Counted from the stretch's first letter, positions 48,720 to 58,497 are shown. The stretch: DNA of 64,000 bases from a virus (IMGVR_UViG_3300042731_004976:64001-128000), one strand, 5' to 3'. Translations and numbers: made by a program. The notes: a model not told the origin generated them from the letters alone.

Positions 48720-49235
48720 GTGCTCAAGTACTTGGTAGGCGACGCGACGCGGCCCGTGGGTGGTGGTGAGAAGATCATCACCCATTGTTGCAACGACCTC
48801 GGGCGTTGGGGATCGGGCTTCGTCGTGCCTCTCGGTCGGCTCTACCCGAGTGCGAAGTTCGCCTACCACCGCTGGTGTGAGGGGTTGGACGATCCTTCCT
48901 ACTCCGCGACGGGTCTCATGGGTTTGGGAGAGATCCAGTTCGTTCAGGTCGAACCGCACCTGTGGGTGGTCAACATCATCGGGCAGCATGGAGTGATCGA
49001 TCGCACCCCTGCGGGAGAGGGGCCTCCCATTCGATACGAAGCGATTCGGCAGGGGTTCGCCAAGCTACGGGGTTTCGCAACGCTGCGGAGTGCGAGCGTC
49101 CACATGCCTCGGATGGGTGCGGGACTCGCGGGAGGGCAGTGGGAAGAGATCGAGAAGCTCATCAACGCGGAGCTACTTAGCGGGGGCTTGGACGTCTTCG
49201 TTTACGACTTGCCTACGAAGGAGGCGAGCTTCTGA
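48720..49235 (+). CDS. macrodomain protein (Poa1p/DarG-like ADP-ribose processing)
   Basis: GDAT, I.HCCN..G.WG.GF, VVN..GQ, VHMPR.GAGLAGG.W. Confidence 0.9.
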   Translation: MLKYLVGDATRPVGGGEKIITHCCNDLGRWGSGFVVPLGRLYPSAKFAYHRWCEGLDDPSYSATGLMGLGEIQFVQVEPHLWVVNIIGQHGVIDRTPAGEGPPIRYEAIRQGFAKLRGFATLRSASVHMPRMGAGLAGGQWEEIEKLINAELLSGGLDVFVYDLPTKEASF

Positions 49236-49709
49236 CATGGGCTACTTCAGTAACAACGATGAAGGTTCGGCATACGAGGAACGCTACTGCTCTCGGTGCA
49301 TCCACGGCGGGGAGGACTTGGAGTGTCCTGTGATCTTCGTTCACGCGATGTACGCCTACAAGGAGTGCGGCAAGGGTTCGAACGCGGAGCGCATCCTCAA
49401 CATACTGATCCCTCGTGCGAAGAACGGTGTGGGCAACGAGCAGTGCAAGATGTTTGTCGCGCGCACGGGTTCTGAGGAGGACGAAAGCGAAGATGCTGCT
49501 GTGCTCCGGATCATCGAAACGGACAAGAGCATCGCCGAAGCGTTCGCTCGCTTCGTTGCGGAGCCTATGTCCGTCAAGGCGCATCTCACGGATTGGGAGT
49601 TCAAGCTCGCATGCGAAGCTCCGATCGTCTTCGAGAAGTACAAGGGCTTCACGTGGAAGCAGCGCCGCAGTCTTCGTCAGATCGTGCAGAAGATCATTAA
49701 AGGACAAGG

Positions 49710-50225
49710 GTGATGGTTACGGACGGTCGCGAACTGGTCGAGATTCTAGACCGAGCCTTCAAGGGTTCTGTCTCGATTCCTTCTGGGGCGGGGTTGCCGC
49801 CGCGGCACTGGAAGTTGCGTCTCGAAGCGTACATGCACGAGATCGGTCACGGGGCCGTCCTCGGTTGGAAGCGCATTCCTCGGAAGCAAGAGAACCGCTT
49901 CCAGGACTTCGAGATGTTCGGTACGGAGATCGAACAGGCCTTATGGAACCTCACGGTACGTACAGCAAACATGCATGAGGTGAGGACTATTGCCACGGTG
50001 CTCGGGCTCAACCGCAAGTACGGTTGGGGGTTGCCTGAAGCACACTCGGTCTCTGTGGGCTTGGACAGCCTGTACAAGGGAGACGACAAGGGCTCGGTCA
50101 AAAAGCTCACCAGGAGGCAGCTACAGGCTCTCGTGGAGGCGGTGCCTCAACGTTCCGTGGCGAAGTACGTGAAGCGCTCTGAGACGATCATCTCGAACGT
50201 CGTCCAGCGGATGGCGCGTCTTTGA
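49710..50225 (+). CDS. HExxH-motif protein
   Basis: MHEIGH with a downstream HE. Confidence 0.5.
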   Translation: MMVTDGRELVEILDRAFKGSVSIPSGAGLPPRHWKLRLEAYMHEIGHGAVLGWKRIPRKQENRFQDFEMFGTEIEQALWNLTVRTANMHEVRTIATVLGLNRKYGWGLPEAHSVSVGLDSLYKGDDKGSVKKLTRRQLQALVEAVPQRSVAKYVKRSETIISNVVQRMARL

Positions 50226-50426
50226 GGTACTTGTAGGCGGCGTGTAGGCGTGCGTCGCTTCGGTACTTGCGGAAGGCTCGAACCGCAGGCCACAGCTCAT
50301 CGGGGATCTCTGCATAGGGGAGCTGCTCGACACGGAGGGACTCGGCCAGCTCGTGTGCGGAGGGAGTTTTCCGCATCTGGGCTGCTCGCCAAGCTAGGGC
50401 TGGGAAAACTTCCGAATAGCGAGGCA

Positions 50427-50879
50427 TCAGAAGTCGTTCGGGCGAAGATCGCTCTCACCCGTCAGGTATTCCAGGAGATCTACTCGTCCGCCGAACCCTG
50501 CGCGGATGGTCTTCCTCTTGAGTGCGTGGTGTGCGAAGTATCGATGCCAGCCGTCGAGGATGACTGGGATTGCGTAGACACGACCGCCTCCGCAGATGCA
50601 GTCGATCGAGATGGGAGCCTCCAGGTCTTCGGGGCTTTGCATGAGGTAGCGGATGCGCGCAGCATGCGTTTCCGCAGTCCACTTCTTGGGAGCGCTGTGT
50701 CCATCCGGAGTGTAGCGGGAAGGTTCCAGGGAGGTGCCTTCTTCCACCATACTCGGGTAAAAGCCAACGCCCCAGATGTCGTCCTCATCACAAGGACCGG
50801 CGCCGAAGCATTCGTCGAGGCGAGCAAGGATGATGTCGTAGACTGGATCTACTTCACGGTCGCTTGCGGTTGGATCCAA
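50427..50879 (-). CDS. ParB/Srx-like domain protein (start uncertain)
   Basis: PISID......VILDGWHRYFA. Confidence 0.5.
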   Translation of the reverse strand: MDPTASDREVDPVYDIILARLDECFGAGPCDEDDIWGVGFYPSMVEEGTSLEPSRYTPDGHSAPKKWTAETHAARIRYLMQSPEDLEAPISIDCICGGGRVYAIPVILDGWHRYFAHHALKRKTIRAGFGGRVDLLEYLTGESDLRPNDF

Positions 50880-51115
50880 AACATCGTCGCTACCAGATAC
50901 GCTCCCTTGAAGGGCGTTGGTTTGACGATCACTAAGCGCAGTCCGTTGTGCTCTCGCCATGTCGAGTCCGTGTCGAACGTATCCTTGCCCTTCTCCAGGG
51001 CTTCCGCAACGTGGAAGTCGGTGATGCTCTGTTCCTCCGCCTTGGCTTGCGCGTGACGGGTGAGTACGATTTTGTGCCTCCCGTAGCCCGGTACGTCCTC
51101 GTAGAGGTACTTCAC
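50849..51115 (-). CDS. DUF4258-like small protein
   Basis: LTRHAQAK.....IT...V..AL..G; GTGA-coupled to the NMNAT fusion gene. Confidence 0.5.
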   Translation of the reverse strand: MKYLYEDVPGYGRHKIVLTRHAQAKAEEQSITDFHVAEALEKGKDTFDTDSTWREHNGLRLVIVKPTPFKGAYLVATMFWIQPQATVK

Positions 51116-52215
51116 GCACGCCCCTCGCGAACGTCCGTGGAGCTGATGTCCCATCGGCCTTTGACGGGGTAGAATAGGAAGTCCGAGTTCAAGGAGAGCG
51201 TCTCGTCGTTCAAGAGGTCTCGCATCGTGGTGTACCCCCGGTCCGGGATCTCTCGTCCTACGACGTAGAACCGTACTCTCTCTTCGACGAAGGGGGCCAG
51301 GTTCTCCTCGGGGGTCTTGTTGTCCCACGTCATGAGACGCAGCAGGGCGTCTGCACCGATGACGATGTGCTTCACGCCGGAGGCGATCTTGTCCTCATAG
51401 AGGGGTTGCCCTCTGGTGAAGATCACACTGTGTCCCTTGAGCATCTTCGCCCGCTGCAACATCTCGGGGACGGTGAGCGCTGGCTTGTGCGGAGGCTCTG
51501 CCTCGATGCTGAATAGCACCGGACGTCTGTGCTCTTCTTCGATCTGCTCGGCGATGCCGAAGTGCCCTTCGTGTGGCGGGTTGAACGCTCCGGGGAAGTG
51601 TGCGTACTCCGAAGCACGCCTGTGGCTCAGGTTGGTGAAGGGACGCAAGAAGAAGACGTCTCGAATGTCGATGGGGTCGCTCAGTTCGTACCAGTCGAAG
51701 ATCTCTTGGGTGATGGGCACGAGAGGAAGACCAAGGGCGTTGCGTAGCGCGTTGAGTCCTAGAAGATCGCAGGTCTCTCCCTCGTCCTCACGTCCTGTGC
51801 TCTTGCTTTTGTTCAGCACGGCGTAGAGCAAAGTGCACTTGTCTTCGCTTACCGTTGCGATGTAGACCCGGTGATCCCCCTTGTGCTCCCGGGTGGTGCC
51901 GACGACGGCCGTCATGCCTACACCGATCGTCCTCTTGTTTCCCGGTTTCCACGCACGGCTGTATGCCTCCATGGCGAGCTGGATAGCCGTGGTCTCGGTG
52001 CATGCTCGTTCGGGCTCGAACCCTAGGAAGTCCGCTGTGTCCTCCGCCGCGTAGGGGAATGCTGCGCCCACGAGGAACTTGGAGCACCCGGGGACGTCCC
52101 ACAGCAGCTTCTGGAGGCCTGCCCCGGCCCCCGTACAGACCACGTAGACCTGCGGGGGCTCGGGGAGGTCACGGATCTCCGTGACTGCGTCGATGGTGTT
52201 CACTGGACCGCTCAC
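51112..52215 (-). CDS. CinA/PncC-like domain fused to a nucleotidyltransferase (NMNAT-like)
   Basis: N-terminal TGAG....VPGCS.F...PY; C-terminal PGAFNPPHEGH (HxGH), IGAD..RL, DISSTDVR. Confidence 0.8.
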   Translation of the reverse strand: MSGPVNTIDAVTEIRDLPEPPQVYVVCTGAGAGLQKLLWDVPGCSKFLVGAAFPYAAEDTADFLGFEPERACTETTAIQLAMEAYSRAWKPGNKRTIGVGMTAVVGTTREHKGDHRVYIATVSEDKCTLLYAVLNKSKSTGREDEGETCDLLGLNALRNALGLPLVPITQEIFDWYELSDPIDIRDVFFLRPFTNLSHRRASEYAHFPGAFNPPHEGHFGIAEQIEEEHRRPVLFSIEAEPPHKPALTVPEMLQRAKMLKGHSVIFTRGQPLYEDKIASGVKHIVIGADALLRLMTWDNKTPEENLAPFVEERVRFYVVGREIPDRGYTTMRDLLNDETLSLNSDFLFYPVKGRWDISSTDVREGRA

Positions 52216-53585
52216 GCGGTCTCCTTTGCCCTCTTGCGGACGTCGTCGAAGGTGAGGGTTCGGAGGATCTTGCCGTTCTCGTAGACGACCTCCAGTAGAT
52301 CCCCGTGCTTGACCTCGGGAACGGTGCGGAGCTGCCCGCCCTCGCGAACGAGAGACATGCGACCCTTCTTGCTGACCTTGCCGTGGTCAGTAGCAGGATC
52401 CTTGAAGACCTCCACATCCTTGCCGGCAACGCGCGCCCAGGAGCACTTGAATGCGAACTTCTGGGTGTCCCGATCCATTTTCTGGAGCAGAGCCCCGCCG
52501 CATCCGAAGGCGATGTTCGAGGCCGAGTAGCCGTTGCTGAGCACGACTCGAAGGATCTCCTGGATCGAGTCCTCGTTCACGCCGTCGCCTTGGATGAGCC
52601 GGAACTCGGGAGGGAGCACCTTGTAGCCTTTGGTGTTCTTGGTCATGCCCACCTTGCGCTCCAAGATCTGAAGGCACTTGAGCACGACGTCCGGCGGGTT
52701 GCCCGAGTCCGGACGGATGATGAGCGTACCGCCCGACTCCTTGACCAGCTCACGCAGCTCTTCGCCCCAGAGATTTTCCACAGCGCTGAAGATGTCCCAC
52801 GAGTCGGACACGCAGGCGTACAGCTTACCCTCGCCTGCGTACTGCTTGACCATGTTCCGGTAGGCGTCGGCCTCGTGAGCCTTGCCCCACATGGTCATCG
52901 TGGAGTGCTCGGCCGCGGGAATCGAGAAGCCTGCCATCTCACAGTCGTAGAAGTGGTTGGCGTAGCGCACTCCTTCGACCGTGTCCGATCCCATGAAGTT
53001 CACGAGGTGGGCCATGCCTCCGATACCCGCAGCTTCCCGGGACGTCACGCCACGACCACCGAAGTCGTGCAGCTTGAAGTCGATCTCCGCGGCGGGATCG
53101 TCTGCGGACTCCACGAGAGCCTCCCAGATGATCCTTCGGATGTTGTGACTCTGCGTCGCAACCGTGATCGGGTACCAGAGGCGCACCATTTGGGTTTCGA
53201 GCCAGGACACGACCCAGAACAGCTCTGGGTCCGTGCTCTCGACGCTGAGCAGGATGTTCCGCGTGGGCACCACCAGCCCCTCGGGAACGGCGCGGATGCG
53301 TACGGGCAAGTAGCCGTTGTGCTTGGTGACGACTTTCATCCAACCCTCGCGATTGAAAGGCTCCCCGTGAGCCGCGAAGAACTCGGCCGCCTCGTTCACG
53401 TCCGCTGCGGTGATCGGCTTCGAGAGGTACTCGCGCATGAACCACTGGAGGCCGAAGAAGACGGTCTGCCCGTAGCGCCCGCCACGCGACTCGAAGTACG
53501 AGTACATCGCTTCGGTCTCCGGAGGGTACTGAAGCCAGTGGCTGGCCTTGTAGCTGTCGGTGTCGAGAATGAGGTTGAAGTCCAT
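52212..53585 (-). CDS. nadV: nicotinamide phosphoribosyltransferase
   Basis: LDTDSYKASH, LHDFG.RG, GSDT, SIPAAEHS, VSDS, IRPDSG, IQGDG, FG.GG.LLQ..DRDT..FAFK, SKKG. Confidence 0.96.
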   Translation of the reverse strand: MDFNLILDTDSYKASHWLQYPPETEAMYSYFESRGGRYGQTVFFGLQWFMREYLSKPITAADVNEAAEFFAAHGEPFNREGWMKVVTKHNGYLPVRIRAVPEGLVVPTRNILLSVESTDPELFWVVSWLETQMVRLWYPITVATQSHNIRRIIWEALVESADDPAAEIDFKLHDFGGRGVTSREAAGIGGMAHLVNFMGSDTVEGVRYANHFYDCEMAGFSIPAAEHSTMTMWGKAHEADAYRNMVKQYAGEGKLYACVSDSWDIFSAVENLWGEELRELVKESGGTLIIRPDSGNPPDVVLKCLQILERKVGMTKNTKGYKVLPPEFRLIQGDGVNEDSIQEILRVVLSNGYSASNIAFGCGGALLQKMDRDTQKFAFKCSWARVAGKDVEVFKDPATDHGKVSKKGRMSLVREGGQLRTVPEVKHGDLLEVVYENGKILRTLTFDDVRKRAKETA

Positions 53586-53598
53586 GATTCGGTTCCTT

Positions 53599-54303
53599 TC
53601 AGATCTCGAAGACGAGCCCGTTCTTCACGGCCTTGTCGTAGGCCCGCTTGTCGAAGCGGTAGAGTTGAGCGGGACGGTGACTCGTCCCCTGTTGCATCCC
53701 GTTCTCCACGAGGATGTTCATGGCGAGGATCTTCTTGCGGAAGTTCCGCTTGTCGATCTCACGCCCCAGGATCGTTTCGTACAGCTTGCGGAGCTGCCCG
53801 AGCGAGAATTCCTTCGGCAGGAGGTTGAAGCCGATCGGTTCGTACGTCAGCTTCCCCCTCAAGCGCTGTACGGCCGTGCTGAGGATCTTGTTGTGGTCGA
53901 AGGCCAGCTCGGCTTTCATCGCTTCGTCGAGGGGCATCCACTTTGCTTCGGCGGCGTCGCTGGCTCCTTCCACGAGCATGGAACGCACCAGCCCGAAGTG
54001 GGCCACGGTGATGACACGCCCCCGAGGATCTCGGTCCTTGTCGCTGAACGTGTAGAGCTGCTCCAAGTAGTCGACCGTGGCGCCGGTCTCCTCCTCCAGC
54101 TCACGACGTGCTGCGGCTTCGATGTCCGGGTCTTCGTCGATGTCTAGGAATCCGCCAGGTAGTGCCCACTGACCCTTGAAGGGCTCGCCGCCCCTCTGGA
54201 TCAACAGCACGTTCAGCGAGGGCTCTAAGTAGGACTGGTGGAGACCGAAGAGCACGATATCGGCTGTTACGCTCGGTCGCGGGTACTTGTAGGTGTGAGC
54301 CAT
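53599..54303 (-). CDS. nrtR: NrtR Nudix-related transcriptional regulator
   Basis: Nudix box WALPGG...AARRELEEETG, RDPRGR, LAFDH; C-terminal wHTH LPKEF...LYE.ILG..IDKRNFRKK...RPA.LY. Confidence 0.93.
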   Translation of the reverse strand: MAHTYKYPRPSVTADIVLFGLHQSYLEPSLNVLLIQRGGEPFKGQWALPGGFLDIDEDPDIEAAARRELEEETGATVDYLEQLYTFSDKDRDPRGRVITVAHFGLVRSMLVEGASDAAEAKWMPLDEAMKAELAFDHNKILSTAVQRLRGKLTYEPIGFNLLPKEFSLGQLRKLYETILGREIDKRNFRKKILAMNILVENGMQQGTSHRPAQLYRFDKRAYDKAVKNGLVFEI

Positions 54304-54344
54304 GGGGTAATAATCACACTAACTTAGTGTTCTGTCAACACAAA
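54302..54344 (-). promoter_or_regulatory. nrtR operon promoter overlapped by two tandem 21-bp NrtR-like boxes
   Basis: Minus strand TTTGTGT-TGACAGA-ACACTAA, G, TTAGTGT-GATTATT-ACCCCAT (both GT-N7-AC); TTGACA-17-GATTAT-6nt-ATG. Confidence 0.75.
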
Positions 54345-54469
54345 AGTTCGTGTGCTCCTAACCCTAAGTAATCATGGGTCTCTTTCGCCTCTTCCCCCAG
54401 GCAGGTCCTTCCGATACGCTCGCTGCTTCCAGGGCCCGAGAGGGCCCCCTAGAGACGAAGGAGCTGAGA

Positions 54470-55519
54470 ATGGAACAACGGACGCTGCGCCCCACGGTCC
54501 CGGCCGCGGAGGCGATTTTGGGCAAGTACTTCCCCGTGCTCGACAACGGGTTCATCGCCCTGAAGGACTACATGGGGTGCGATGAGGGGATCGAGGAGGC
54601 GGCTCGCCTCTCGTACCAAGGAGGCACGAGACAGACGAGCGAGACACGGGGGCTGGTTCGATACCTACGCCGCTTGAGGCATACGAGTCCGAGCGAGATG
54701 GCGGAGCTGAAGTTCCACGTATCTATGCCGATCTTCGTGGCGCGCCAGTGGGTCAGGCATCGTACGGCCTCCCTCAATGAAGTCAGCGCGAGGTACTCGC
54801 TGCTTCCCATGATCTTCTACACGCCGAAGAAGGAAAACTTCCTGCCGCAAGCGAAGAACAACAAGCAGGGTCGAGAGGACGGCGCCTCGTTCGAAGACGA
54901 GGGGTTGTACGAGCGTACGGTCATCGAGTGGAACAACGAGAGGAAGCGTTCGAGCGGTCTCTACGAGAACCTTGCTGCGGACGGGGTTGCGCGTGAGCTG
55001 GCTCGCATCGACTTGCCCTTGTCGACGTACACCCAGTGGTACTGGAAGGTCGACCTGCACAACCTGCTGCACTTCCTAACGTTGCGAGCCGACGAGCACG
55101 CTCAGTGGGAGATCCGTCAATACGCCAACGTCATCGTGGGCATGGTGAAGCGCCTCGCTCCCCTGACGTACCAGGCGTGGATCGACTACGAGCACATGAG
55201 CGCTCGTTTCTCCCGCATGGAGATGGAGGTGCTTCAGGAGCTGGTGTCAGTTCTCACACAGGAAGAGGATGGGCAAGCGGGTGTGGACACGGCTGCGGGG
55301 TCCCCAACGTCGGGGAACTTCATCTCGCACGAAGAACTCGTGAAGCGCATCGGTTCGAAGCGTGAAGTTCAGGAGTTTTACGCGAAGCTGACGAAGCGCT
55401 ACGTGCGTCCCGGCTTCGACATTTCGGAAGCGGATGCCAAGCCTCCGGAGTGGTTCGAGGAACGCATGGCCAACGCGACTCCGAAGATCGATGCAGCTCC
55501 CAAGGGTGTTGCTACGTGA
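54470..55519 (+). CDS. thyX: flavin-dependent thymidylate synthase
   Basis: AARLSY, HTSP.E, PIFVARQWVRHRTASLNEVSARY, ELARIDLP, LHFL.LR...HAQWEIR. Confidence 0.96.
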   Translation: MEQRTLRPTVPAAEAILGKYFPVLDNGFIALKDYMGCDEGIEEAARLSYQGGTRQTSETRGLVRYLRRLRHTSPSEMAELKFHVSMPIFVARQWVRHRTASLNEVSARYSLLPMIFYTPKKENFLPQAKNNKQGREDGASFEDEGLYERTVIEWNNERKRSSGLYENLAADGVARELARIDLPLSTYTQWYWKVDLHNLLHFLTLRADEHAQWEIRQYANVIVGMVKRLAPLTYQAWIDYEHMSARFSRMEMEVLQELVSVLTQEEDGQAGVDTAAGSPTSGNFISHEELVKRIGSKREVQEFYAKLTKRYVRPGFDISEADAKPPEWFEERMANATPKIDAAPKGVAT

Positions 55520-56028
55520 ACCCGGTTCCTACGGTGGACCTCGATATTGAGATCGTGCACATCGATGCACGCTCTCGTCAGATCACGTCGGTTCTGGCAG
55601 TCCCGCTCTACAGGAACCTTCGAGCTTTTGTGGAGCGGCAGGGCTGGCGTTTGGCGAAAGAGCAGTGGGAGGCGTACCGAGTGCTCACGGAGCACTTCTG
55701 CCTGGAACTGAATCGTACGGACGAGGGGTTCTTGTTTACAGGCGCTCCTTCTTTCACGGTGCCCGAGTTGGGGGAGGCGTTCTTCAACTACCATACGGAC
55801 AAAGCGTTCTTGGAGAGTTTCGACCCCGTGTACCTCGCTGGTGTAGGTAAGGGTATCGCGAGAGAGGTTCAGAGGGAGATCGAGCGCGTGCAGCGCACGC
55901 TCAGTCCTATCAAGGAGTACCGCCTCTTCCTGCCCCCGTTCCAGCCTCCTCTCTTGGCAGGGGACTCGTTGGACGGGCTCTGGTTGGGGAGGGAGCTGAT
56001 ACTCCAGCGAAGCCGCGAGTCCTCGTGA
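55516..56028 (+). CDS. truncated T4 gp23-type major-capsid-like protein
   Basis: IDARSRQITSVLAVPLYRNLRA...LTEHFCLELNR versus recalled gp23 IEAKSRQLKAAYSIELAQDLRA...LATEIMLEINR. Confidence 0.6.
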   Translation: MNPVPTVDLDIEIVHIDARSRQITSVLAVPLYRNLRAFVERQGWRLAKEQWEAYRVLTEHFCLELNRTDEGFLFTGAPSFTVPELGEAFFNYHTDKAFLESFDPVYLAGVGKGIAREVQREIERVQRTLSPIKEYRLFLPPFQPPLLAGDSLDGLWLGRELILQRSRESS

Positions 56029-56067
56029 TTCCTTGACAATCGCAGCCCTACCTAATAGGGTTGCCGG

Positions 56068-56373
56068 ATGGCTAAGCTGTCCGCAGAGGTTCTGGAAGAG
56101 GGTCGTGCCCTGATTCGGCAGAAGAACTTGGATGGGTTCTTGGCTTGGGTCGATCGTCAAAGGGTGGCTATCGACATGGAGGTCGTACGAGATGCGTACG
56201 AGAAGTGCTTCGAGTACGACGACGTGGATAAGGCGCTGCGCCTGTTCGAAGCCATCTTCCCGAAGGCGGATCCTGCCGCAGATCTGCTCTTAGGCTTTTC
56301 CCGTTTGGCTCTTCGGATTCTCCTGGTCTTGGGAGTAATCGGGGGTCTCATCTATTTGATCCGGAATCTCTGA
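56068..56373 (+). CDS. membrane protein (C-terminal TM), leaderless
   Basis: TTGACA-17-TAGGGT-6-ATG; hydrophobic C-terminus. Confidence 0.65.
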   Translation: MAKLSAEVLEEGRALIRQKNLDGFLAWVDRQRVAIDMEVVRDAYEKCFEYDDVDKALRLFEAIFPKADPAADLLLGFSRLALRILLVLGVIGGLIYLIRNL

Positions 56374-56502
56374 TGTCTCGTAACCTGGGTCGCCGAGACT
56401 GCTACTTCTGCGGCGGGGAAGTGATCCTCGTCGAGACTTGGCGTACGCTCGGTGAGCGGGAAGCGAACGAGCGTTACGGACACCTGCTGGAGGCTGCCGC
56501 CG

Positions 56503-57240
56503 ATGCCTCTTAGTCGCGTCACTCTTACCGGGGTCGACGAGAAGACGAGCCCCGAGGAGCTGCTCAAGCTTTCTGCGCGCTACCCGTTCGCTGAGTGGGG
56601 CGTGCTGTTCTCCCCGAAGAGACAGGGAGAGGAGCCGCGCTACCCACCGAAGTGGTGGCTGGAGCAGCTCTACGAAGTGGTCGTGCTCAAGGGAGTCAAG
56701 GGCTACTCGTTCGCCGCGCATCTGTGTGGAAAGCACACGCGCGACGTCGTGCAGTACGGCAACCTGAATTGGGTCCACCCGATCTTCGAGCGTGTTCAGC
56801 TCAATGGCGTGAGTGCTTACTCCACCTTGATGGAGAACATGAGGTGGCCCGCAAGCGGCTTGGAGGTCATTCTCCAGATCGGGAAAAAGGCTAGCTTGGA
56901 AGAGGTAGCCAAGTTCTATCGGATGCTGCCCTTTATGGACCTGGCAGGCTTGTGGGATCCTTCGGGAGGTAAGGGCATCCGCACCAAGAAGTTCCCCGAC
57001 GCCCCTACGCTTCCGCGAGGACCGAACGAAACGGTTACGCTGCGCATCGGTTATGCGGGAGGGATCTCTCCGGAGAACATCGAAGAGGTGTTGGGCGCGC
57101 TCAAGGATAAGCAGCACGTCTACTGGATCGACATGGAAACGGGTGTACGTACCGACGACTGGTTCGACGTGGAGAAAGTGGAGGAGGTCTTGCAGAAGGC
57201 CGAGCCCTTCGTCGACTCCCGATTCCGGAGGAGCGCGTGA
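56503..57240 (+). CDS. phosphoribosylanthranilate isomerase (TrpF)-like TIM barrel
   Basis: TLTG.D, RVQLN, LWDPSGG.G, GYAGGISPENI, WIDMETGVR. Confidence 0.7.
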   Translation: MPLSRVTLTGVDEKTSPEELLKLSARYPFAEWGVLFSPKRQGEEPRYPPKWWLEQLYEVVVLKGVKGYSFAAHLCGKHTRDVVQYGNLNWVHPIFERVQLNGVSAYSTLMENMRWPASGLEVILQIGKKASLEEVAKFYRMLPFMDLAGLWDPSGGKGIRTKKFPDAPTLPRGPNETVTLRIGYAGGISPENIEEVLGALKDKQHVYWIDMETGVRTDDWFDVEKVEEVLQKAEPFVDSRFRRSA

Positions 57241-57499
57241 CCATCATCAATCTCGACTACGGCGGTTGGTCCCGAGAGGATTGGGAGCGCTCCCTCCCCA
57301 AGCTGACTCCAGGCAAAGTCTGCGTTGTTCCGATGCGGCACCCCGACAACGACGATACGTGGGGTGTGGGTATCTACGACCCGTACAAGATCGAAGGTAC
57401 CCGTGGAAAGGGACATCGCCTTCGAGGCATGCTCAAGGGGGTCAAGGTTACGACCTTCGGGGAAGCCGAAGCCGCAGTAGCTGCGTTGCGAGGAGAAGC

Positions 57500-58111
57500 A
57501 TGAGCGTCACAGGAGACATGCTGGCTACGGCGGATGCGGAAGCCTCGTACTACAAGGCGGTCGCTATTGATCTTCAGCGTCGCTTGACGGTTCTTCTAGC
57601 TGTTACCCGAGATGCGAGACAAGCCGCGGATCTTCCCTTGGACCTGGGTCCTCGGTTGCAGGACGCTATTCAGAAGGCCGAAGAGAGCTACACGGAGCCC
57701 GACGGCCCGGCGCGCTCGTACTTGAGAGGCACGCGCTTCACCGTCGAGCAGCTCATAGCCGAGATGGACTTGGGAGGGTCTCTCGGTCTGGGTCAGTCCT
57801 TCGTCGAAGTGTGCAACGAGTTCGACCTGGACGCACAGGTCGCTGCCGGAGCCCTCGTGGAGCACTACGCTTCAATGGAGGAGTTGAAGGCTGCGCGTCA
57901 GAAGCGGCTTGCGCTCCTGAACGATAGGATCGACGAGGAGTATGCCAAAGAGCCCAGGGACGAGGCCAAGATCGATTCACTACGGCGCGAAGCAGCCGAC
58001 CTCATTCGAGTGCTTTCGGAGGACGAGTTGGCTCCTATGAAGGAGCGCTTTGCTCGTCTCAAGCAGATCCTCGATGAGGGGCTTCCCAAGGAGCACCTCG
58101 CTGGAGACTAG
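57500..58111 (+). CDS. DUF433-like domain protein
   Basis: LRGTRFTVEQLI......EV..EF.L. Confidence 0.5.
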   Translation: MSVTGDMLATADAEASYYKAVAIDLQRRLTVLLAVTRDARQAADLPLDLGPRLQDAIQKAEESYTEPDGPARSYLRGTRFTVEQLIAEMDLGGSLGLGQSFVEVCNEFDLDAQVAAGALVEHYASMEELKAARQKRLALLNDRIDEEYAKEPRDEAKIDSLRREAADLIRVLSEDELAPMKERFARLKQILDEGLPKEHLAGD

Positions 58112-58497
58112 TGATGGAGATCTGCAAGAAGTGCGGCAAGCGTCCGGTAGGTTTAGGTTTGGCTTCCCTCGCGAAGCGCTGTGCCGAGTGCTATGCGGGA
58201 GCGAAGGAGGGCCTCGTCATGGTTTGCTTCGAGGGCGACGTGTCCGTACTCGATCAGATTCGTTCGAGCGGGCGGCGAGGTATCCTTCGATGACGACCGC
58301 GGAGATACGAGGGTTCTTCGATAGGATTCGGAAGAAGTGGCCTCCCGAAGAATTCGATCTGACAATCATCGGTCCTCGTACCGATGGTGGCTACGTCGTC
58401 ACTATCCGGCGTACGCGCAGTTTCGCAGATATACATCGATTGGAGGCTTCTAGCTATCGGGGCGTCTTGCTGAAAGCGCTGGGTGCTTCTGGAGGGT

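Noticed and set aside
52212-53585. NAMPT homolog as the Namat of NARP1
   Set aside because: No PRPP-synthetase-like Adps partner in the window; the adjacent HxGH adenylyltransferase fits the NAMPT+NMNAT route better. A partner outside the window cannot be excluded.
52305-53828. 507-aa plus-strand ORF; similarly 46911..47981(-), 35342..36475(-), 27640..28605(+) and 48177..48989(-)
   Set aside because: Antisense shadows of well-supported genes in GC-rich DNA, with no recognisable motifs.
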